Origin: Armatimonadota bacterium
GTDB taxonomy: Bacteria > Sysuimicrobiota > Sysuimicrobiia > Sysuimicrobiales > Humicultoraceae
Assembly (NCBI GenBank): GCA_037446215.1
Contig: JBBIJB010000069.1
Location: 1 to 11,727, forward strand
DNA length: 11,727 nucleotides
Reading direction: 5' to 3'
Shown here: piece after piece, positions 1 through 7,258 of the stretch
Layout of the letters: each line of letters opens with the position of its first letter
Numbering within the stretch: position 1 is the stretch's first letter
The notes under the pieces: generated by a model
What the model was told of the DNA's origin: nothing
Seen by the model: the letters and a program-made list of their open reading frames with translations, nothing else
Databases searched by the model: none
Made by a program: the position numbers and the translations under genes

Positions 1-1
1 C

Positions 2-799
2 GGCGAGTTCACGAGGATCCAGTGCACGCCGGACCTGCTGCCCTCGGACGTGCTCGGCACCTCGATCATCGACCCGCGCACCTACGAGACCCGGTTCGTG
101 CCGGGCCCGATCTTCGCCAACGTGGTGCTGGTGGACGAGCTGAACCGGGCGACGCCGCGCACGCAGTCCTCGTTCCTCGAGCCCATGGACGAGGGGCAGG
201 TCAGCACCGACGGCGAGCCCCGTCGCCTGCCCCAGCCGTTCTTCCTGATCGCCACCCTAAACCCATCCGAGCACCACGGCACCTATCCGCTGCCCGAGGG
301 GCAGCTCGACAGGTTCTCTATGGCCACCTCGATGGGCTACCCACCGGTCGAGGCCGAGCGGGCGATGCTGGCGGGTCACGTGGGTCACCACCCCATCGAG
401 TCGGTGAAGCCGGTGCTGGCCCCTGCCGAGGTCCTCGCCCTGCAGGAGGCGGCCTCCGCCATCCACATCAGCCCGGCCGTGCGTGAGTACGTGCTGGCCC
501 TGGCAGGCGCGAGCCGGGCGCACCCGGCGGTGGTGCTGGGCTGCAGCCCGCGCGGAGGCCTGGCGCTGCTGCGCGCGGCCCAGGCACGGGCACTGCTCCA
601 GGGCCGGGACTTCGTGATCCCAGACGACGTCAAGGAGCTGGGGGTCCCCGTGATGGCGCACCGGATGGTCATGGGGCCGCAGCCCGGACATCCTTCGGGA
701 CACGCGGCAGGCGCCGAGGCGGTCATCGCCGAGATCTTCTCCCGCGTGCCGGTGCCGCTGTTCGAGGGGCCGGCCGATAATGACGACCCGCGCCGCTAG
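2..799 (+). CDS. moxR: MoxR-family AAA+ ATPase, 5' end outside the window
   Basis: The frame is open from base 2 (GEFTRIQCTPDLLPSDVLG), so the track start at 50 is internal. MoxR motifs: RIQxTPDLLPSD, Walker B VLVDELNRATPRTQS, ATLNP..GTYPLPEGQLDRF (sensor I and Arg finger), SPRG (sensor II), RDFVIPDDVK..HR. Stop TAG at 797-799. Confidence 0.96.
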   Translation, partial: GEFTRIQCTPDLLPSDVLGTSIIDPRTYETRFVPGPIFANVVLVDELNRATPRTQSSFLEPMDEGQVSTDGEPRRLPQPFFLIATLNPSEHHGTYPLPEGQLDRFSMATSMGYPPVEAERAMLAGHVGHHPIESVKPVLAPAEVLALQEAASAIHISPAVREYVLALAGASRAHPAVVLGCSPRGGLALLRAAQARALLQGRDFVIPDDVKELGVPVMAHRMVMGPQPGHPSGHAAGAEAVIAEIFSRVPVPLFEGPADNDDPRR

Positions 800-1877
800 G
801 GCCGGTGCCCGGTCCCGGATCTCGCTGCTTCCGACCCGCGAGGGGACCGCTGTTCTGATCCTGGCCGGGGCGGCCTTCGTCCTGGCGACCAACCTGATGT
901 CCGGGCTGCTCTTCGCGCTGGACGCCCTCTTCGTCTCGCTCCTGATCGCCGGCGCGTTCAGCGCGGCGGCTCCCCTCAGAGGCCTCTCGGTGTCGCGCAG
1001 CGCCCCTGCCCGCGCCGAGGAGGGGCGCCCTGTGGGGATCGCCCTCTCTCTCGAGGCGGAGCGCGCCGGCCGCCTGATCGTGGCGGAGGACGGCTGGCAG
1101 GGTTCTCGCGGCAGGGCGTTCGTTCCCGAGGCCGCTCCGGGTCGAGCGGTGCGCGCCGAGATTACGGTGACGCCGGCGCAGCGCGGGCTGTTCGAGCTGG
1201 GGCCTGTCGAGGTGGTGTGCAGGGGGCCTGTGGGCCTGTTCGCCGCGCGGCGGCTGCTCGGCGTGTCCGGGGCGATCACGGTGTGGCCTAGGTCCAGCCC
1301 GGTGCCCGAGCAGGCGCTGGAGAGCCTCGCGCCCAGCATGACCGGCCTCGGCTCCGCCGGCAGGACGCGGCAGCCCGCGGACTTCTACGGGCTTCGCGAC
1401 TACCAGCGGGGCGACAGCCTGGCCCATGTCCACTGGCGATCGTCGGCGCGGCGCGGGGCCCTGGTGGTGCGCGAGTTCGAGCTGCCCGCATCCCCCAGCG
1501 CCACGCTCGTGCTGGACCTGGACCGAAGCCGGCCGGCAGAGCGGCTGGATGCCGCCGTCCGCGCCGCCGCCTCGCTCCTCGCCGCGGTGAGGGACGCGGG
1601 CGTCGAGGTGGCGGTCCTGGGGTACGGTGAGACCCTGGTCGAGCGGCGCGGCTGGGAGGCCGCGATGGACTGGCTGGCGGTGGTGGAACCGTGCGGGCCG
1701 CCTCTGGAGGCGGCGCTCGGCGCGATGGGGGCGAGGGGGGCCGGGGCGGTCGTGATCTCCCTGACCGCCGCGGTGCCTTCGCAGGGAGCCGACCTGGGGG
1801 CGACGTTCATCGTGCCCGCCGAGGAGGCACGCTCAGGGCTCGTCTACACCTCCGAGGGGAGGATCCAGGCGTGGTGA
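780..1877 (+). CDS. DUF58 family protein (N-terminal TM hairpin, VWA-like C-terminal part), usual MoxR partner
   Basis: Two hydrophobic N-terminal segments; QRGLFELGPV..GPVGLF; hallmark FYGLRDYQRGDSLAHVHWRSSAR..LVVREFE..LVLD. ATG 780 overlaps the moxR 3' end by 20 nt, with GAGGGG at 764-769. Confidence 0.92.
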   Translation: MTTRAARAGARSRISLLPTREGTAVLILAGAAFVLATNLMSGLLFALDALFVSLLIAGAFSAAAPLRGLSVSRSAPARAEEGRPVGIALSLEAERAGRLIVAEDGWQGSRGRAFVPEAAPGRAVRAEITVTPAQRGLFELGPVEVVCRGPVGLFAARRLLGVSGAITVWPRSSPVPEQALESLAPSMTGLGSAGRTRQPADFYGLRDYQRGDSLAHVHWRSSARRGALVVREFELPASPSATLVLDLDRSRPAERLDAAVRAAASLLAAVRDAGVEVAVLGYGETLVERRGWEAAMDWLAVVEPCGPPLEAALGAMGARGAGAVVISLTAAVPSQGADLGATFIVPAEEARSGLVYTSEGRIQAW

Positions 1878-4111
1878 CCCCTGCCGGCCCCGAGCCCGGC
1901 AGGCCCATCGGCTGGCGCCGCCTGGTCGAGAGCGGAGCGCCCGAGCACTCTGTGCCGCTGCGGCTGTGGACGCTCGCCGCCGTGATCGTCAGCGTCTTCG
2001 CGGTGACCGCGCACGACGACTTCCTGCAGTACCGGCTGACGATCCCCGTGCTGGCCGCCGTGGGGTTCGCGTTCTCCTACTGGCGGCGCGGGAGGCGCAA
2101 CTGGTGGGTGAAGCTCGCCCTCTCGGTGCTGTGCCTGTGGGTGGGCTACCTCTTCCTCCTGGACGTGGTAAGGGATCCCTACCACACCAGCGTGCCGCTG
2201 ACCGTGCTGCTGCTGTGGCTGCAGACGCTGCACTCGTTTGACGTGCCGGCACGCCGCGACCTGCTGTTCAGCCTCCTGACCTCGGCGATCCTGATGACCG
2301 TCGCCGCGGCCTTCGCGCTCGACATCGCCTTCCTGGTCTACCTGGGGCTGTACGCCCTGGTCTCAGTGCAGGCGCTGGCGCACAACGCCTGGCAGGCCTC
2401 GGCGGATGCGGCGCCCGGCCGCGCGTGGGGCCCTGCTCTGTCGGGCGCCGCCATTCCCGGGCGCGCCGCGGTCGTCGGACGCGGCATGCGCGGGATGGCC
2501 TGGGCCGCGAGCCACCTCCTCGTCGTCGTGATGCTGGGGGCGGCCGTGGTCTTCGTCCTCACGCCGCGCCTGGAGGGCATGAGGATCACCGCCCTGCCGT
2601 TCTCGGCGCACCGGATGCTGGTCGGGCTGTTCTCCGGGGGCGTCTTCAACCCGGCCTACCCGGACGCCGGCGACGGAGGGGGCGTCGAGGGTGGAGGCGC
2701 CCAGGTCTGGAACCCGCGCGGCTACTTCGGATTCAGCCCGACCGTGGACCTTCGGATGCGCGGGCGGCTCGACGACGCGATCGTGATGCGCGTTCGGGCC
2801 ACCCATGCGCTGAACTGGCGCGCGCTCGTGTTCGACACCTACACCGGGATCGGCTGGCGCATCTCCGACCGGGACGTGGAGCAGGTGAGAGGGACCTATC
2901 CGCCCATCAGCCTGGTCCACAAGAGCGATGAGCCGCTGATCTACGGGGCCAGGCAGCTTCGCGTGGTGCAGACGTTCTACGTCGAGCGCGAGCAGCCCAA
3001 CGTGATCTTCGCGGCGCCGATGGCCGAGCGGCTCTACGTGACCGCGGGCGCGGTCTTCCTGGACAGGTACGGCTCGATTCGGCTGCCTGGTACGCTCCAG
3101 CCGGGGATGGTCTACTCGGTGGTCTCGCGCGCGTTCGTGCCCGACCCTGCCCGCCTGCGCGTCGCCTCCGGGCTGGTACCCGAGGCGATGCTGGCGCGCT
3201 ACCGTGCCCTTCCGACGATCCCGGACCGGGTGAGGGACCTCGGCATCCGGCTGACCGCGGGCCAGCCGACGCTCTACGACCGCGTGATGGCCGTCAACAG
3301 GCACCTGTGGTCGGAGTACCGCTACGACCTCTCCATACCCCACCAGCGAAAGCGCGGGGACGCGGTGGACTACTTCCTGTTCGAGGAGCGGCGGGGGTAC
3401 TGCGAGCAGTTCGCCAGCGCGATGGTGGTGCTGCTGCGCTCGGCAGGCATCCCCTCCCGCCTGGTGACCGGCTACGGACCGGGCACGCCGAACCCGGTCA
3501 CGGGGCTGCTGGAGGTCCGCAACAGCGACGCCCATGCCTGGGTGGAGGTCTTCTTCCCGGGCATCGGCTGGGTGGAGTTCGAGCCGACGCCCGGGTTCCC
3601 GGACACCGCGGACCTGGGGCGGCGGATGTCGGGCCGCCTCGTGATCCAGGACCTGGCCGCGCTGGCGGCTGCCCGCCTCCAGGCCTGGGCCTCGCGGTCG
3701 CCCGCCATAACCCGGCTGCTCGAGCAGGCCTCCGGAGCCGGGACGCTAGCCCTCCGCGTCGGCCTCTGGGGGCTCGCGATAGCGGCCGGAGCCCTGGCCG
3801 GGGCCACGGCGTGGAGGGCCGCGGCGGCCGCCAGCCACCCCGCCCGCCCGCGCGACGCCCTCGGCGACGCCTACCTCCTGATGTGCCGAATCCTGGCGAG
3901 GCGCGGGCTCAGGCGCGACCCCACCGAGACCGTGGGCGAGTTCAGCCGCAGGGTCCGCGCCCACACCGGGGGCCTGCCCGAGGTGGAGGCGCTCTCGGCG
4001 ATGGTGGAGGAGGCCGCCTACGGGGGGGCCCAGCCCGGGCCGCACTCCGCCGCCTCGGCGAAGGCCCTGCTGGAGGCGCTGCGCGGGCGGCTCCGCCGCG
4101 GCCGTCTGTGA
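1874..4111 (+). CDS. TgpA-like membrane transglutaminase-family protein (DUF3488-type TM region, transglutaminase core, DUF4129-type tail), about 745 aa
   Basis: Multi-TM N-terminus; GYCEQFASAMVVLLRSAGIPSRLVTGY (Cys codon 3401), HAWVEV (His 3533), GWVEFEPTP (3581); C-terminal R..TETVGEF..EEAAYG. Start placed at GTG 1874 (GTGA overlap with the DUF58 stop; GTG 1871 is an alternative) rather than 1691. Confidence 0.92.
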   Translation: MTPAGPEPGRPIGWRRLVESGAPEHSVPLRLWTLAAVIVSVFAVTAHDDFLQYRLTIPVLAAVGFAFSYWRRGRRNWWVKLALSVLCLWVGYLFLLDVVRDPYHTSVPLTVLLLWLQTLHSFDVPARRDLLFSLLTSAILMTVAAAFALDIAFLVYLGLYALVSVQALAHNAWQASADAAPGRAWGPALSGAAIPGRAAVVGRGMRGMAWAASHLLVVVMLGAAVVFVLTPRLEGMRITALPFSAHRMLVGLFSGGVFNPAYPDAGDGGGVEGGGAQVWNPRGYFGFSPTVDLRMRGRLDDAIVMRVRATHALNWRALVFDTYTGIGWRISDRDVEQVRGTYPPISLVHKSDEPLIYGARQLRVVQTFYVEREQPNVIFAAPMAERLYVTAGAVFLDRYGSIRLPGTLQPGMVYSVVSRAFVPDPARLRVASGLVPEAMLARYRALPTIPDRVRDLGIRLTAGQPTLYDRVMAVNRHLWSEYRYDLSIPHQRKRGDAVDYFLFEERRGYCEQFASAMVVLLRSAGIPSRLVTGYGPGTPNPVTGLLEVRNSDAHAWVEVFFPGIGWVEFEPTPGFPDTADLGRRMSGRLVIQDLAALAAARLQAWASRSPAITRLLEQASGAGTLALRVGLWGLAIAAGALAGATAWRAAAAASHPARPRDALGDAYLLMCRILARRGLRRDPTETVGEFSRRVRAHTGGLPEVEALSAMVEEAAYGGAQPGPHSAASAKALLEALRGRLRRGRL

Positions 4112-5370
4112 CGCGGTCCGCGTTCATCCTGCTCCTGGCGGCGGTGACCCTGCTCTCGGCGGGCGTCAGGTTCGCCAGGCTCGACGCGCCGCCCAAGATG
4201 TACTTCGACGAGATCTACTACGCCAAGGCCGCGCAGCAGATCCTGAGCGGGGTGGAGGTGACCGAGGAGCGCACCCACCCGCCGCTCTCGAAGCTGATCA
4301 TCGCCTGCGGAGTCAGGATCGCCGGCGACGGCCCGACCGGGTGGCGAACCGCCGGCGCGGCCGCCGGCACGCTGCTCCCCCTGCTCGTGGGAGCGCTAGG
4401 GCTGCTGCTCTTCCAAAGCCGCCTCATAGCGGCCGGCGCGGCGCTGCTGGCGTCGCTGGACGGGCTGCTGTTCGTGGAGAGCCGCATCGCCAAGCCCGAC
4501 GTCTTCCTTACCCTGTTCCTGCTGGCGGCGTACGCGTCGCTGTGGTCCTACCTGCGCGGGGTCGGCGCGGGAGGGAGGGCCGGGTCGGGCGCCAAGGGTG
4601 TCGGCTGGCTCTATCTGGCAGGGGCGGCCGCGGGTTGCGCGGTCGCCACGAAGTGGACCGCGCTGATCCCGCTCTCGGTGGTTCCCCTGACGCTGCTCGT
4701 GCCGCGCCTGCGGTGCGGCCTGGCGGTCTCGCGCGCCGGCCTGTGGCACGCGGCCGCGGCCCTGACCGTGGTTCCTGCCGCGGTCTACATGCTTGCCTAC
4801 GTGCCGTACTTCCAGCTGGGACACAGCCTGCGGGAGTTCGCGAGCCACCACGCCTTCATGTTCCGGTTCCACGCGACCCTGACCGAGGGCCATCCATACC
4901 AGTCACGCTGGTGGTCGTGGCCGCTGCTGCTGCGGCCGATCTGGTACGAGTACGCGGAGGTGGCTCCCGGCACCGTCTCCGGGGTGCTGGCGGTCGGGAA
5001 CCCCGTGATCTGGTGGGCCGGGCTCGTGGCCCTGGTGCCCGCAGCCGTCGGCGCGCTCAGACGGTCCGCGTCGGAGTGTGGTCGCGGAGCAGAGACGTTC
5101 CTGGTCGTCGGATTCCTGCTCTCCTACGTCCAGTACGCCTTCATCGGCCGCGTCCTATTCCTGTACCACTACATGCCCGCCCTACCGTTCCTGATCATCG
5201 GGCTGTCGGCCGGGGTGGCGCGGCTGCGCGACAGGGCGGGCGCGGGAGTGGTCGCCGCGCTCCTGCTGCTGGCGGCGGCGTGGTTCGCGGCCTTCTACCC
5301 GATTCTGGCGGCGGTGCCGGTAGCGCCCTCCAGGGTCTTCAGGCTGATGTGGTTTGGGACCTGGATCTAG
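4108..5370 (+). CDS. pmt: Pmt-type polyprenol-phosphate-mannose:protein O-mannosyltransferase (GT39, GT-C fold), about 420 aa
   Basis: YFDEIYY catalytic DE (4207-4212), THPPLSKLII, GWR, VESRIA, TKW, HPYQSRWWSWPLLLRPIWY, GNPVIWW, RVLFLYHYMPALPF, C-terminal WFGTWI. Start GTG 4108 overlaps the upstream stop (GTGA); the track extension to 3307 overlaps the transglutaminase gene and is not protein-like. Confidence 0.88.
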   Translation: MTRSAFILLLAAVTLLSAGVRFARLDAPPKMYFDEIYYAKAAQQILSGVEVTEERTHPPLSKLIIACGVRIAGDGPTGWRTAGAAAGTLLPLLVGALGLLLFQSRLIAAGAALLASLDGLLFVESRIAKPDVFLTLFLLAAYASLWSYLRGVGAGGRAGSGAKGVGWLYLAGAAAGCAVATKWTALIPLSVVPLTLLVPRLRCGLAVSRAGLWHAAAALTVVPAAVYMLAYVPYFQLGHSLREFASHHAFMFRFHATLTEGHPYQSRWWSWPLLLRPIWYEYAEVAPGTVSGVLAVGNPVIWWAGLVALVPAAVGALRRSASECGRGAETFLVVGFLLSYVQYAFIGRVLFLYHYMPALPFLIIGLSAGVARLRDRAGAGVVAALLLLAAAWFAAFYPILAAVPVAPSRVFRLMWFGTWI

Positions 5371-6613
5371 CCCCGGCCATCGAGCCGGGCCGGTCCCTGG
5401 TGAACAGGAAGGCGAGGGTCGCGGCCAGGCAGGCCACGGTCAGCGCGCCGAGCCACCTGGTGCCGGTCGGCGAGAAGAGCGTCCCCTCCAGCCATCCGGG
5501 AAGCGAGAACGTTCCCAGGTGCGGCCGCGTGTAGGCGAACAGCAGGTTGAGCGCCAGGATCGCGGACAGGATCCCGTAGGGCCAGGCCACCCTGCGGTCG
5601 AACGCGACCGCCGCGGCGAGGAAGGGGATCGCGAACAGCAGGTAGCGCTCATGGATCCTCGTCGGCAGGGCGAACGCGGCCAGCAGCGAGACCGCTGAGG
5701 CGGCGATCAGGGTGGCGGCCGTGGGCCCACGCCAGACCTTCGAGATCGCGGCGGCCACCGCGGCCAGGGTGAGGGCGGCGCCGATCGCCCCGATGGGGAC
5801 GCCGAGCAGGCGCTCGGCGTCGCTCTTCCAGAAGCCCTGCACGGCTCCCCAGAGGTTGAACGCCATCACGCTGCCGTAGGGGTAGACGCCCGCGGCGCTT
5901 GCCAGGAGACCGGCGAGGCGCCCCGGGCCGAGGCCGAAGGGCATGGCCACGAGCGCGGCTGTTCCTGCGGCCGCGGCGAGCGCGGCAGGCAACTCCCACC
6001 TGATCCCGGCGCGTCCGCCCCCGCCGGAGGGCGCGCGCAGCAGGAATGCCGCGGCGGCCAGGGCGGCGGGGCCGGTCTGCGGTTTGACCAGCATCCCCAG
6101 CGCGAACACGGCGGCCGCCAGCGACGACGCGAGCGGGCCCTTCGCCCCAAGCACGAGGGCCAGCCCTGCCATGGCCAGCATCACCCCGACCGAGTCCACC
6201 TGCCCCCAGTAGGCGCTGTTGAAGACGATCCCGGGGCTGAACAGGTAGGACGCGGATAGGGCCAGGGCCAGCCCGGGCGCGGCTCGCCCGCTGATCGTGT
6301 AGACGAGCCGTGCCACGGCGACGTCGGCGGCCGCGGCCGGCAGCTTCAAGGCGAACAGGAACGCCACGTCGTTGAGGCGGACCGCCTGGCTTATCTCGCC
6401 GATCAGCCAGAGCACGTAGAGGTAGCCGGGCAGGTAGTCCGCGAAACCCGAGCCGTAGAAGAGGCCGGGGCCGCGCTCGGCCAGCCCGACCGCCCAGGCC
6501 TTGAAGGTGGAGATGTCCGTGGGGAACCCGCCGTGGGGCATGATCCCGATCCTGAGCAGGACCCCGCCTGCCGCCAGGGTCCACCAGAGCCTCTGGTCGC
6601 GCGCGCCGGCCAT
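5339..6613 (-). CDS. GT-C fold membrane glycosyltransferase (GT87/Gpi18-like, ALG6/8-related mannosyltransferase type), about 424 aa
   Basis: Polytopic membrane protein with DISTFKAW, DYLPGYLYVLW, LKLP, NSAYWGQVDS, KPQ, AFNLW and HERYL motifs. Start placed at ATG 6613, just before the first TM segment; the track start at 6685 is a non-ATG extension. Stop TGA at 5341-5339. Confidence 0.82.
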   Translation of the reverse strand: MAGARDQRLWWTLAAGGVLLRIGIMPHGGFPTDISTFKAWAVGLAERGPGLFYGSGFADYLPGYLYVLWLIGEISQAVRLNDVAFLFALKLPAAAADVAVARLVYTISGRAAPGLALALSASYLFSPGIVFNSAYWGQVDSVGVMLAMAGLALVLGAKGPLASSLAAAVFALGMLVKPQTGPAALAAAAFLLRAPSGGGGRAGIRWELPAALAAAAGTAALVAMPFGLGPGRLAGLLASAAGVYPYGSVMAFNLWGAVQGFWKSDAERLLGVPIGAIGAALTLAAVAAAISKVWRGPTAATLIAASAVSLLAAFALPTRIHERYLLFAIPFLAAAVAFDRRVAWPYGILSAILALNLLFAYTRPHLGTFSLPGWLEGTLFSPTGTRWLGALTVACLAATLAFLFTRDRPGSMAGARSRSQTTSA

Positions 6614-6622
6614 CGCGTGGAG

Positions 6623-6647
6623 ATTCCACGCCTCGTACGGGCTTCCT
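6623..6647 (-). promoter_or_regulatory. Candidate SigH-like promoter (AGGA-N17-GAAT) for the GT-C gene
   Basis: The minus strand reads caAGGA-agcccgtacgaggcgtg-GAAT-ctccacgcg-ATG, matching the Bacillus sigma-H core and spacing. Motif match only. Confidence 0.35.
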
Positions 6648-6742
6648 TGTAGGGGCGAAAGCCGGCCCTGTCGCGGCCGAATCACTTGTCGGGAGCAGCA
6701 GGGGAGCGCCGGCGCCCATCCGGCGGCGGAGGTGATTGGGGA

Positions 6743-7258
6743 GTGCGGCCGCTTGCGGGGGAGAGGCCCGCCGGGGGACTAACGCTCGTGGAGGTCATCG
6801 TCTCGCTGGCGCTGCTGGCGATGACGGTGCTCGTCGTCTCCCAGGCCTTCCTCACCCTCCTCGGCGTGGCACGCGGCAGCGGCGACCTGACCCTGGCCGG
6901 GGTCCTGGCAGTCCGGGCGATCGAGGAGACCCGGTCGCTGTTGGAGTCGCGGATGACGGCCGAGGGGTGGGCAGAGGCCTTCGATCGGATCGAAGGCCGC
7001 GGGCCGGCTCCCTTTCCATCCCCCTACTCGCGCTACGAGTACGAGCTCCTGACCGACCGGGTGGTCATCATCCCGCCGGGCGCCCTGCCGTGCTGGCCTG
7101 TCGCGGACTCCCCCGCCTACTGCGCCCTCCCCGACCACCGTCGCAACGACATCAAGTGGATCACCGTAAGGGTGAGCAAAGAGGGGAGGACCCTTGCCCG
7201 GGTCGGGTCCGCGGTCATCGGCGGGATGCGGTCGGCCGAAGGAGGGCGGCCGCCTTGA
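6743..7258 (+). CDS. Type IV minor pilin, PilV/GspI-like, about 171 aa
   Basis: Class III signal peptide MRPLAGERPAGG/LTLVEVIVSLALLA with Glu+5 (6791) and a hydrophobic helix; A..LA..AIEE.R and C-terminal IKWITVRVS typical of PilV-like pilins. GGAGGTGA at 6728-6735 precedes GTG 6743. Confidence 0.85.
   Translation: MRPLAGERPAGGLTLVEVIVSLALLAMTVLVVSQAFLTLLGVARGSGDLTLAGVLAVRAIEETRSLLESRMTAEGWAEAFDRIEGRGPAPFPSPYSRYEYELLTDRVVIIPPGALPCWPVADSPAYCALPDHRRNDIKWITVRVSKEGRTLARVGSAVIGGMRSAEGGRPP

Noticed and set aside
257..1433. Long - strand ORFs (257-1339, 723-1433)
   Set aside because: Antisense shadows of moxR and DUF58. They are Arg/Ala/Pro-rich with no recognisable motifs, as expected where stop codons are scarce in high-GC DNA.
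2363..3535. 390-aa - strand ORF
   Set aside because: Antisense shadow of the transglutaminase-family gene; no independent protein signal.
3581..3583. Glu instead of Asp at the third transglutaminase triad position (WVEFEPT)
   Set aside because: Both EPT and DPT occur commonly in TgpA/YebA-like proteins as far as I know; not evidence of inactivation.
3307..4107. Apparent 267-aa N-terminal extension of Pmt (687-aa track ORF), suggesting dual coding or a frameshift fusion
   Set aside because: Low-complexity off-frame reading of the TgpA-like gene. Pmt-like sequence begins at GTG 4108 and both genes are complete.
4341..6719. Overlapping ORFs 4341-5534 (+) and 5649-6719 (-)
   Set aside because: Alternate-frame readings of the two glycosyltransferase genes, Arg/Gly/Pro-rich and without motifs.
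6736..7254. N-terminal extension making the PilX-like ORF 845 aa (similarly 8838-9272 for the FimT-like ORF)
   Set aside because: Class III signal peptides must be N-terminal, and SD plus stop/start overlaps support starts at 7255 and 9273.
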